Source of the DNA: Phoronis australis
Taxonomy: Eukaryota > Animalia > Phoronida
NCBI GenBank assembly: GCA_002633005.1
Contig: NMRA01000467.1
Coordinates: forward strand, 200,723 to 264,722
Length of the DNA: 64,000 bases
Direction of reading: 5' to 3'
The translations under genes and the position numbers were made by a program. The notes beneath the pieces were generated by a model, which saw nothing but the letters and a program-made list of their open reading frames with translations, did not search any database and had not been told where the DNA came from. Shown in pieces: positions 23,418 to 36,500 of this stretch. Every line of letters starts with the position of its first letter. Position 1 is the stretch's first letter.

Positions 23418-26400
23418 ATGGAGTCTGAAAGTCCAAGACAGTTTCATTTTCATGAATTTAGAGGGCCTGTGGAAAGATTTTGCAATTCTGGCCAGAGAGG
23501 AGGTAAAAGACCCGGGGCTGGCCGTCCGAGGCTTTACAGAGATGGGGAGAAACCGAGATATAAATACAGATATCGGTATATTAATGTTGCTGAAGAAGTG
23601 TTTACGAAATTTCAAAGATTGAAATTTGAAGCCGGTTGTAAAGCAGAGAAGAATTTTATGATTCTATTGTTGGATCTTTATGAAAAAAACAATCGGAGTT
23701 TTGAATCTAGGTAAGTTTGTCCGAGTACGCAAGTGATTCATTTGTTGATATTGACACTAGCTGTAAACTAAGAAATTGTTCTATTTCCTTTAAACTCAAA
23801 TGTAGACGTTTTAAAAATTGTTTCAGTGAAGTACGGGTAGGTTATTTTAACGGATTCAAGGTAGATCTAAATTAACCATTGCTTCTTCAAGCTCAGAATC
23901 AGACTTTCAATTTTGGCGTCGAACTAAAATGCACAGAGGATGACCGAATTTTTTTTAACAAATTTAAAAGAAAGCGAACTATTTTTCGTTGGTAGGTTTC
24001 AGTTGTGATATCGTGTCTCGTGCAAGCAATTGACCTATATCTCCGTTGATTTCGCGGATTGTATTTTAAAATCAGCAAATGCGGATACGCTTGGCCTCAT
24101 GTACATTATGTTAATCAGCAATCACAGATATCATGCGAGCACCCAGCCTGAAAAATGGGGGCTCTGATTTTTGAGAATGTGGACCTTTTACTAAGATTCA
24201 CGGGGTACGTTCAGAGCTATGAATTGTGCGTTCGCCGAATTTTGGCCAGTTCCTGTCTTTTTTGGGGACTTTTGTCTCGTTGTGTACTTTTTGCTCCCGC
24301 GGATTCAACATTTTGTTTAGGGAGTACGGCAAGCGACAAACATAAAACTAAGGGGGGGGGGATGATTGAGATTGCTAGTAATGTAAAAGTGGCCGAGCAA
24401 CCGGGGTTCCGAAACCTCTGGGACCCCCTCTTTTTCCGCGCCATTTAACAGAGACGTGAGCATCACATTTCGAGGGAACCCTTGTCTAACCTCATACTAC
24501 TAATTTCTCTTTAAGTTGCCGTAAACGAGGACTATTAAGAATACCTGTGTATATTCTCTCACAGCCTACAACTTGTGTCTATTCTGCGTTGAAATTCAAC
24601 ATTTTGACATATCAAATACAACCACCCTTCAAAAGTTACATCCGTTGAATTTCCAATGACAACTCGTGATATCTGATGAATGATCTTTCTCATGTACGCC
24701 TATTGCTATGTTTGGATATATCAGATTACACCGTGTTTATTCCAAACACATGTGGAATAATATATTAACATGTTGAGTCTGGCCTAAACTCTTCAGATGG
24801 ACGCACGACTGAGTGAGCACCTAGCTTATTAAATCTACTGACTTCAATGTAACACACAGTCAGCTGTTTTGCTCCGTCTCTGGTATTTTTCAACACAATA
24901 CCAAAAGGCGAACATCTGGGGTGTCGGTTTTCACTAAGATTTCCAACTTCTCCATATAGGGGCATAGCGACACGAGTATGCCAGCTTGTAGATTCCAAGA
25001 ATAGTCTGTCAGGCACATTACACATGACGATGGTGATATATTCGCACCATATGGAAACGTTGTTTCTCTGCATCGCTGCCGTTTTTGGTTGTTTGCCATG
25101 AGTATTTTTATTGAGTCCATTAGGATGTTTGCCAAATGCACTGAAAGTGTATTATCTGTGATTTAAGGAAAGGAGCTGGTTCTAATAAATGGTTTATTTC
25201 TTTGTCCATTTCAAGCAAAGAAGTCGGTTTGTTCTTATAGTCAAAGCTTACCCCTTTGTAGTTAAAAATGTGACGGGGGTGTCAAGTGCATTCATTTTGT
25301 GTTTTCAGGGAAACTGATATTCGTAACCTAAACGTGGCAACTGAAATAAATAGAACTTGTTTGGTTTTAGTGGAGTTGTAGAACTTGTGGAGGTAATGTA
25401 ACTCAAAATCAGTGGCGTGTTGGGAAAACGAAACCAGTATTTTTGCAACATAAATTAGTGGGCTCCCAAAGATAATGAAAAATACATGAATAAAATAGAG
25501 CAACCTACCCATCTCAGAGGTGTGAATTTAGGACGAGTTGAAAAGAACAAAACTTTAAAGACGGAGTAATCTGCAAGTTCGAGCTCAAATTATTTTTTGT
25601 TTACAAAATGGAAGTCAGTTGTACCAGTTGTACGGAATAGGTATATTAGCTATATTATTTTGCCGTATGGGCAAATATACGTTTTAGAAAAACATCGAGT
25701 GGTGAATTTTTTGTTTGCTTGTTTTCAGTGTGGATATCGGCTCAACTGCTAACTTAGAGCGATGGACGAGTTTGTGTGCTCAATTCAATCTATCATCTGA
25801 ACAGTTCGCTTCATATATGATTGACGTGATCGAACATCACTTGATGTGAGTACTATAGTTGTGCATACGTTGTGATATTTTAACCCCAACAGGAAACACC
25901 TATTTCCCATTTTCATGACTTTTTTACTTCAGAACTTACATAAGTTGATTATTGAAACTCCCTAATAGGTACCACTGCCTTGTTAGCAATTTTCGAACTC
26001 TTGTAAAACCAAGCAGTCGATAAATACAATCGAACAAAATGCATGTAACTCAGAATTCTAGACATGATAACTGGCCGCAAGTCGAATTCTCCGTCACTAC
26101 TGCAGTGCAAGCAGGGTTCCGTTACTTTAACCCAACAAACTTACAAAAAACGCAATGTTACGCAAGATTTCTAGGGTTTACCGACATGCATTACAACTGA
26201 GCCACGTGACCACAAGTTTTTCTCACGGAAACCAGGCAAGCAACTCGCCAGAACGCAAAAGCACGCTAGTGCCTTGCGAGATATCGCCATACATTAGGGT
26301 TTCTTGCGTCTGGTGAGCGCTGCCCGGTATTCAGCTCCCGAGTTGCTAGAATGAGATTTTTTGGTGACGGGGAAACAAAATGTTTGCTCAGTTAGTTTTG

Positions 26401-29337
26401 GCATGCACCAGTGAGCTAAATTTGACCATTGACGAAGATGAAAATTTAAAGTTGCTTTACCCAAGTTTGCCGTATAAAACGATTAAAATTCCAATTAATC
26501 CAGAAATGTTTGTGTGTTACACATAGAAACGAATCATGGGTTTTATACCGGTGCAAAAATCCCCAAGGTAATCATTCAAACAGTGTCCCCAGCCGGAAAT
26601 CATGCCAGTCTACTGCCAGTGACTTCAATGTCTTTTTCGAAAAAAAAACTAAAGACTGTGAAAACGCGTAAAAACCAGTGCAGTTTCAATTCCAAACAAT
26701 CTAAGACAAAAAATCAGGCATTTGTCAACTTTAATTCAAAGCCTCAGTTATAGGGCAATGTTGTTCTGTGTAAAGTCCATCAATATTGACTGATCTTGAA
26801 CACCCAGTTTTCTGCTAGTACATGTATATGGAGCCTGGAATTCTGTACTGTACTTGACGTCTCCAGGAACAGTCTGTCCGTTTCAGAGAACCAGATAAAG
26901 AATTTTCATGAAAGCATCGCTAATGGATCTTGCACTAAAATTGAGGCATTGTATTAAATATTTTCGAATGTATGAGTACATGAGTAACTGACGAGTGAAT
27001 TTGAAACAACGATGATGTTTTTAGAAGTGGTACAGCTATACGGGTATTCTGAAAACGCGTCTATATCTCATTAACAACGATTTGTGTGTAGCCGAATGAG
27101 TTGAAATTCATAAACTCTCGGTTGATTGATGTGGACAACAGGGCAATCTTGTTTCAGTAACGTACAGTACTTGGGTTCTTTTAAAGTGGCATCTTAAAAG
27201 AATTACTGTAGTTATTCAGTGTTTTTGTTTGTCAAAAAAGGAATGTGATTAGCGTTAAAGATCTTAATTTGATGTTTTACAATCTTTTCATTCCCGTAGT
27301 TTACAGTCTGCGAATATTCATAGGATGCAATAAGTACGATTTGTATACCTATCACTGGAATTCTTTTATATTAATTTCAGCCATGGTCGTTGTCCTGGTA
27401 ACATCATTTTTCCCACTGTAAGCACTCAACAGCAAATGGAAAATCAGAACAGCTCCAGTATTAACAATGATAGAGTAGTTGTCAAATCCGAGCCCTCCGA
27501 CCCAAGCATCAACGATACTGGTGAGGAGCAGATAATCTCTTCTGATCCACAATTATCCTTTGGCAATCTTGGCGACACAATGATTCAGAACTCTAATGAT
27601 CTGAGTAACCAGCATGCAACGCCTAGTGTCCTTTCAGCGCAGCCAGTTGAAAATCCCAGAAATTTGGCGGCAACGCCACCTCGCAGACATTCAAATGAAG
27701 ATTCACGTCCAGCATCAAACGACAATGCACCAAGATACGTTATAGGTGACGCGGCGACTGATATTTCTTCGGAAATTGAAACCAGCAATAAAACACCTCA
27801 GCCATACGTGACTTTTAAATGGTGGAACGTTTTTCCGTCCGAGAGAGCAAAACGGAAATCTCGCTGCAATCAGATCTCCAATCTCCTGGCGTCCGGAAAG
27901 CCATACGGTACCAAATTAAACATAATAAAGGAAACGAATGGGTATATCCCAAAAAGTATAAGCCAGATTCTACCAAAGTCATCCGCGGCCGTCTTTTCAC
28001 CATCAACGAGTGCTGCCAAACGGAACAACACCGTAAAAACTGCTGACACGACAGTAACGTGCACGGTGAACCCACCAGACTACGCCTCCAGCGTGGTGCT
28101 GGCGAGCCCCGTGGTGTCTGCTCTTCAGAATGCTCCGATGGCGGGTGCAGGCATGGCGGGTTGCCTTCCCATGGTCTGGTCGGTGCTGCCACCTGTTGCC
28201 AGCGCAGATCCTGTTAACTCGGTATCCAGCTGTGTTGCTTCTAGTCCGATTGTTGAAAATGAGCTTCCTCTGAACTTGTCCCTCAAAGCTGACGCATCGG
28301 GTAATCGATCTAAGTCAGAAGGCTTGCCGAAAGCGACCAATGGTCAACATAACGACACTGGGGTTATAAGTACTGCGCAGAAAATGGCAGACGGGGATAA
28401 GGAACTGTCGCCACACTCGAAGCCCAAAATCAAAGCTCTTTCCGATCCAAAAGTGCAGCGTAAAGTTCAAAATCTAATATCAACTATCAAGAAAATTGGC
28501 GGCCAAAACATCTGCTCTCAGAACAAAAGTACAGATCTGACCAAAATTATAAGCGGCTCTGGCAATGACGCAAACACCAGTGAAGTCGAATCTCCACAAC
28601 TGGACAACGCCGTTGGCACGAAATCGAGTCGCAAAATGGCGATACCAACCAAAAAGACGAGTGAATCTCCTGAAATAAAAAAGGAGGTAAAAGAACATCT
28701 GATAGAGGCAATTAATCATGAAATTTCAAAGGCAGGCAACACGTCCTCGGTTGTGGAGAATTCACAGAAAAGGAAGAGCGCAGTGACGTCAGGGCTTGGA
28801 GCAGATCCCGTGGTGAACCATGACCCAGATGGCAGGTATTACATTATGAGCTTGTGCAAAAAGAAAAAGAACAATGACCCTGAATTTGGCCGATGGTCTT
28901 TTGCAAAAACGAGATCTTGGCAGAGGAACGGTAAACGTCAATGGAAAATTAATCGCATTGAGAACTACATTTGTAAATCATGCGGCAAGACGTTCATGAG
29001 TGAGAAATGGTTTATAAAACATGTGGAAGCCGAACATTGCGGTAAGTCCAAGGACTCTAAGTACTTATCAGAGGGACACGATGAGAAACTGGCGGACTAT
29101 CACAGCACCCAGGTCGGATATATGTGCAATGTTTGCTCGAAGAGTTTTGTCCGTGAAACGGAGTTGTTCTTGCACAAAAGCTCGGGACCCTGTCACAAAA
29201 AGGATGATTACATGACTGAGGGTTTCCATAGATGTAAAGTATCAGACTGTTGTAGGATATTTTCGAGTGAATACAACTTATTTCAGCATACCAAACGCTG
29301 CCACGACACAAGGGATATAATCTCAAATGCCAGCTGA
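23418..29337 (+). CDS. C2H2 zinc-finger transcription factor, 749 aa (exons 23418-23710 and 27381-29337)
   Basis: Exon 1 ends AG|GTAAGT (phase 2). The acceptor ttaatttcag| at 27380 gives an open frame (SHGRCPGNIIFPTVSTQQQ) into the 633-aa ORF. C-terminal fingers are CKSCGKTF...HVEAEH, CNVCSKSF...HKSSGPCH and CKVSDCCRIF...HTKRCH. A PLNLS motif lies at 28267-28281. Confidence 0.85.
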
Positions 29338-31247
29338 GTCGAAAATTGCAACTGTTGTAAATTGTTCGATTTTTTGTTCACTTCTGAGTGCAATCAGTTC
29401 AAATCGAAGACTGATGTTTTTACGTGTAGATAATCATCTTACCATAACTGCTGATGGATAGTTTTTACTTCAGTAGTGCTACCAAACCTGACTGAGTTCT
29501 CCGCCGTTTCAATTTTTAGTTGCAGAAAGCCTACTGAGGATAAACTTAATTCAATAATTTTTCTCTAAATTTATTTATTGCTATTTGAAGTTTGTTTCGT
29601 GGGTTCTATTATTTTATTATAAATTGCTTAACTATTTATTTTTGAGGTGGTCCCGGCCTAACTCTATCACCTGTATTTCTGTAAGATTTTGACGATTTTA
29701 CAAAAATGTCATTTGCTTAAAGAAAACTGTTTTTGTGTTTGTGTGAGCGTGTCTTTTAAAACTTATTTAATAAACGAAAATTCAAAATATAGTTTCTTAT
29801 TTATGCCACACAAGAGTAAAATTTGCGAGAGTAAAAACCGATATAAGGGGAAAAGGAATAGGTCTAGTTTTTGCGACAGAAATCGTAGGCACGTTTTTAG
29901 TAATTCTTGTTGAATAGCTCCCTATCCTACCACATAAACAAAATAATCGCAAGTTGCCGGGAAAAACTGTTTGATCAGCGTCTTGTCGCAACTTATGCGC
30001 TGTTTGCCGATTCTTTGTCGCGACCACATTTTCCAAAACGAAGACGTTGGCGCACGCCGCAGAAATGATGTGCCGTCGCCGTTTTTTCCGCTGTCGGCGG
30101 ATCCCGGTACCCTTAATCAGCCTGTGTTTTGCAGGTTAATGTTTCATGCTCCATGAAGAAATTTTGGGTTACTAGGGATGATACTGCCGCGCAGACAAGG
30201 TGGCAGCTTTACCAAGAGTTTCAATTCTTACCAAAGACAAACAGACGCTTAATTTTCAAAATTGCAAACACGCGTCTGGAAAAGGATTTATCACGTGTTT
30301 GGTGCTAGGTGATATCTTTTAATTTTTGATCGACAAGTGCACTAAGTCACAGAAATAGTCAATTCCTGGTCTGGACTATTCCGCAGTATTTGTGCTATCA
30401 ATTACAAGAAAAAATGTAATCGGGTATCCGTCCAATTTTGTTGATCTCGTCACCTCAACACTTTTTGTCCCCTTTAGGTGAAGGTACGACAGTCTCCCTC
30501 TCGGTAGAGATAATGTAAACGAATTCGGTCGTATTTTTATGCGTAAATGACTGGATCACACTTTTAATGATTAGGTTGTCAAAAGTTTATTTCAGTGTGA
30601 AATGAGATACACAAAATACTTGTTTACCCCGGAACCCTCAACCGTCGAGTTCACCGTGAGGTTTTCTTGTGACGTGATTCCACAGCGGCTCTTATAAACA
30701 AATGTGCATGACCGGACTTACCAGACAGGAACGAATTAAGAACCATCGCCCTAACATACACAACGGGTCACATCAGTTGAATTTTATGTAACTAATATAT
30801 AAAAACCCACATCTATTATAGCTAGCAGAATGCTCGCCCTTCCCCGGGTATTATGGAATCGGATGAATGTGTTTCGGTGGGGACCCCCCAGTTATTTTTC
30901 TTCTCTATGGGCTCGGCGCACACGAAAAATATCAGCGAAATAACGTGGGTCTCGCTCTCTTGAAGTTCGCGACCCACATCTCAGTACAGCAGAATTCTAG
31001 ATGTTTACCTCCAACACCTCGATAAAGTGATGAGTAGTGCCGCTGACAACACGTACAGCGCCTGATGACAAAAGCACATGTTCAAAATCTATAGTGCGGT
31101 TCATCGGCAGTAAACACAAGAGTAGGAATTCTGAGCACGCACTTGAAAAACCCGTTAATGCGTTACCTCGCAACGAAAAACAAAACGCGCAATAGTGTTC
31201 CTTTTGTTATAAGTGCAAACGCTCTCTAGTCTTAATTCGGCTGGGAT

Positions 31248-31340
31248 ATAAACCATGTATACATGGTTGAATTATAAACCAGGTATACATGGTTGAATTA
31301 TAAACCATGTATACATGGTTGAATTATAAACCATGTATAT
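31248..31340. repeat. 26-bp minisatellite with a palindromic unit (~3.5 copies)
   Basis: Unit ataaaccatgtatacatggttgaatt contains the 18-bp palindrome AACCATGTATACATGGTT. Confidence 0.9.
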
Positions 31341-33552
31341 AAGCCATATTACTAGAGTGCAACTGCACCGTATGCCTATGAATGGGTTTCAAATATGTAC
31401 AGTAGGTGTTGTTTACTATTGGATGTCTCTTTAGCACAGCACAAAGCATGTTATTTTGGGTCTACACCCTATTGTCAGTTTACCCAAATTCTTATTTTCC
31501 ATCCTCTTAGAATTTAGTCCTTAACTATTTGTAAAAATACACATGTAAATTAGAAAACTAAAAATTTCACTTGAAAAGCCTTATATAAGAAGGAACACTA
31601 TAACACGTCCTCACTTTCTCAGTTTCTTGCCTTCCGCATTTGCACCCATTCTAGTTCATGCGCCTATATCCAAAATGCACATTTTCAAAATGAACTGCTG
31701 GAGTGTTTCATATAGTGGTACATGCGCCTTTCACTTATAGGGACAGGCCAATTATTACTCCATGTTTTTACTACTCTCAAACTTTAGCCTTAAATTGACT
31801 ATCATTTTATGACATTGATAACTCAAGTATCTCCAACACTTCAGAAATGTGCTAATCCATTTTACTTCTATCACATATTGGCCAATGCGACTAATTCCGG
31901 AAACAAGCGCAGTTTTATAGATTGACAGATGAGCCTTAATACACCCATATGCAATAGATTTAGATGTTAAACTTTCCACTCTGCAATAAGTGTGTTAATT
32001 CTTATTGTATGAAAAATATCATGATGATTGACAACTTGAAGAAAAGTCTTCAAATAGCTGAGGTTAGTTAAAACAGAAGAAGAGGAGAAAAGTATACAAC
32101 AAACTTATTTGAAGTAAAATAATTATTTTTACAAGCAAAAATAATGGTCAGGACACATTTTCCATCTCATTACATAAATTATATAATTATATAATAGTTT
32201 AATAATGTTCAAAATTTACATTCCAAACACACAGGACGGCAGCTGAATTCCCACATTCACCATTTGGTCATCAAAACAACAACAAAACAAAAGATCTGCA
32301 GGACTCAACACAGTGGCACTGCAAACAAAGCACAAACACCATTTTGGCTAGGAACAAAAAAACTGAGACATGGATTAAACATAACAATCTTGCAGGTTAG
32401 GCCAAAAAAGCATCTATGGTTTGGTCTTTTTTGAAAATTGAATCCGCTGTGCGATATTTTTTAGTTGGTTAGCTTTTCAAATACAAAATGCACTCAAAAC
32501 TAGCAAAAATTCAGTCATTCTTTACTGGTGACTTACAACAAATACTGGCATTTCAAAGTTTGCTTGCACTACGTGCTCTGTGCAGCTTTTCAAAAACATA
32601 AGACCTTGGCTGAACCTAGTGTGGATGGACATTTTTTTCAGCCCCTGAGTGCAGATCCCAAATTGAGTCAGGGTAGAGACCAAAACCAACTGCGTATTGT
32701 TTGAACTTATAAGTAACAACTTCTCTAAAATGAGGGATAGACAAGAGGTAACAAAACTGCACGCTAATTATTTAAGAGAAATCATGGTCTATTTTTCCTT
32801 TGTCAAATTAGAAGTCATTAATGGGCTTGGAAAAAACTGTTGGTTCATCATGGCTTGAGACAAGAGTCTAATAGCTCGCTTGTCTAAGCTAATCATATTA
32901 CTCATTGAGCATGGTCTCAAGCAATAGCTAACTAGTAGATCCTTGGAGACCCAGAAATCACCTCTCACCTGAGTAAGGAACAAGATGAAACCGATTTTGA
33001 AGCAGAAAGTTGTCTCAACCAAAAGTTGGCTTCTTAGAGGTGTTTATAGCTGCTTCAAGTTCACCATCTAATGTCTATGTTCAGTTAAAAGTATATACAT
33101 AGTACACAGCTTAGCTGACTGGCACAGATAACAGCTGCAGCAGTTTACTGCAAATCTTCACACCTTCAGAAACGCTTTCGCCTAGTTTCCCCACTTCAAA
33201 ATAAAACATTAGTCAAAAGATAATACTTTAATTAAAACCCTGTGTGTCTAAGCATCCATTGCTATAAGAAATGTCACATATTAAGTGAAACTTAGCGTCA
33301 TTACATTTTGATGACAATTATGTTGCTCCAACACCAGAATTAAAAACATTTAACTACAATAAAAAAATTCCAAACAAAAATCTGTTCATTTTGAAATAAA
33401 CGTCATTATCATGTTGAAAGAGAATCATTTGGGAGTCAGTCTCGACAAAAGTCCTGTGAGTTAAATTTTGTTTATTAAGTTCTCACCCGAAATGAACGAG
33501 AAAGACGATGTTTCTCACAACAATACAACATCACTAACATTATAAAATTTCT

Positions 33553-36500
33553 TTACTCTTTTGCATCCCCTTTACTGTCCCGTCTCTCCTTACGTGCTGA
33601 CGAAATTGGGAGGGGTAGCCCAGATGTAGATCTGGGTCGTGGTGAGTTCCGTCCACTAAGGGGTCCATCAAAAGAGATTGGTGTGGCTCTTTCACTTGTA
33701 GGGGGAAGTTTCCGTCGAATAGGTCCCCGCTGAACTTGTCGTGCCCGATGACCAAAGCCGAGACATTGAAGCGACTCTGTGATGTAGCGCTGAGATGGCG
33801 ACACACACAGCATAACAAGAAGTTTGGCATTGCCACCTGAGGAGTGTTGATCAAATTATTTTAAATCAAAAAACAAATCTTAAAACATGTGCAAGGACAG
33901 CTCAAGATCGTGTGTTATTGACGTTTATAAAACTTCTTTTGTTCAGACAGGCTCATTGTGTTTTACACAACACACTATGGCTGGAAATGGGCTGGTTCCG
34001 TGAATGAACACTAGATGGGGACACTAGTTGGCGCATATGACTTGAAGTAACCTTTGTTAGGAACAGAAGTTTAAAGAAGCTCACCAATGGAATCTTGGAG
34101 TAGATGTGTCAGCCTGCTGTTCCTGTAGGGTACATGTGCCCTGTGCTCAGCCAGAGCCCCGAGTACATCAGCTAGTGCTGACAAGCTTTTGTTGATGTAG
34201 CAGGCCTCACGCAGAGACTCCCCAGTAACTCCTGACATGCCTGAGTGTGGAAACAATACATTTATAACAGGATCTATGATTTTCAAAAAATAACAATAGC
34301 TTTATTCAATGTTTTCTAGCTTTGTTATAGTTTATGAGGAAATATGAAAGGAATTTGCAAGTCATTAGCAAAGTAATCAAAATGTGTCAATGAAAATAAA
34401 ATCTTAGTGTCTCAAATCATTACACACACATTAGCCGTTTTACACTGAGCCATGGGCACACAGCCCCTCTTGTTTGAGACAGTAATAAACAATTGCAAGA
34501 TATCAGTCTTTCACAACATGGCACATCCTGAGGTTGTAGACATTGGCTTCACAGTCGTAATGTACTTTGTCATCAAATTGGGTTCTGTAAAACTCATCCA
34601 CGAAGTATTATTCCAATTTCAATTACAGGAGACCTATTTGGTAATCTTAAAACTGGAATACCTACCGACACATTCACTATTTGGTAATGTTAATACTGGA
34701 ATACTTACCGACACATTCACTATTTGGTAATCTTAAAACTGGAATACCTACCGACACATTCACTATTTGGTAATGTTAAAACTGGAATACCTACCGACAC
34801 ATTCACTATTTGGTAATCTTAAAACTGGAATACCTACCGACACATTCACTATTTGGTAATCTTAAAACTGGAATACCTACCGACACATTCACTATTTGGT
34901 AATGTTAATACTGCAATACCTACCGACACATTCACTATTTGGTAATCTTAAAACTGGAATACCTACCGNCCTTGTCTAGAGCAATAATGAACTGTGGCAG
35001 AGACAAGCCAACTTATAGCGCCTTGTCTAGAGCAATAATGAACTGTGGCAGAGACAAGCCAACTTATAGCGCCTTGTCTAGAGCAATAATGAACTGTCAG
35101 TTCTTCTGAAGTCATGGAACCACCTCCAATTTGACTAAATATTGAGACCAAATTCATAACGGTAAGCCAACTAAATTGGAAGGCAAGTGTATAACACCTT
35201 TAATTTTAATCTGTTTGTCAACAAGGCTCTGCAGTTAAAGATGTGGTCACAGGTATAGAGACTAGCACCAGAAAGACAGTGTCAAAGTTCAACTAAAATT
35301 TCAGAACAACGGGGATGGCTACCATGAGAAAGCAACTCATTAGTTTCATTAATGAATACTTGCTTAAGGATATATCAAACCTTATTCACAAAAAGTGGCC
35401 ATTTTTACAATATTTCACATGACTAGCAATCTACCTTATATTCACTCTCGGGGAACTTCAAATACAAAATATAAACCGCATAGTTGGAAAAAGGATTTAG
35501 CAGAACTACCTTGACACCGCACAACCACGTGGCTATTTGTTTACTACCTAACCGAGGTCAAAGGTTACAGGGCGGTCACTCAAATCAAATCTCTCGCCAG
35601 GCACAGAGCAGCTTTGTACACCCTCAGTAATTCCATTAACCAAGATGAAGTTGCCATAATATTGAGTCACCGAGGCGTATTGAGTCAAAGAGGAGTACTT
35701 ATGATAGAATAGTGCCAGGAAAAACAAGACAAAACATAGTTTTGATCCTGAGGGAGTTTTGAGTCTACAATGCATACGACCATTGACGCTGACACAGCAA
35801 CTTGTAAAAAGAGATAAATTCTCACATAAATTCTTTAATTCAATTAACAAATTGACATTTCGATGTTTCGATCTGATGCTAACCACCGATTCGATTTCTG
35901 TTATCCATTTCTTACTTGGTTTCATATCAGTCTCCTGGCACGTGACGTGTAAAGGCTATGAGTATAACAATGGACTGTGACTTACTTTATAAGTAGGTCG
36001 CGACAACAGTAACGTTGATCCCAAATCGAGCTGGGAACGGTACGCTTTAATGACAATTGAGTTAATTACGCACCGCAAATTCAGTTGACATTGCGAGTGA
36101 ATGTTGAAATACCTAACATAGTTAAGGCATGTATATGTTACGTTTACCGAAAACAAGTTTTCACCAAATAATTAACTGCAGAATTTGAGACTTTCACTTC
36201 TCCCAGTTTAATCGGCTTTTTCTCGGCTTCAGCAAATCGACTTCCGTCAAGGAACTTCTGAGAAACAGAGGAAAACGAAAAAATGAAATTGCCACTAAGA
36301 GGCTGTAGGCGCAAAAAATATATGTGCCACTAAGAGGAGCCACAGCAGATAAAGTCCTCAGAAAATCATCAGTGGACTTCCTCTTCACATTAGGAACAGA
36401 CATGCTAATTTCCACAACCATCCATAGAGTGCTTTGGTTGACAAAGGAGCAGACGTTAAATAACAAGACTCGCAAAAACTGTAAAAATAGCCACTAGGTA

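Noticed and set aside
23194-23622. 142-aa plus-strand ORF and antisense ORFs over the zinc-finger gene
   Set aside because: They are alternative frames overlapping the better-supported exons and contain no recognisable motifs.
34635-35097. CRISPR-like regular repeats (also 11628-11983 and 31248-31340)
   Set aside because: The units are head-to-tail with no unique spacers, there are no cas genes, and the context is eukaryotic. These are minisatellites.
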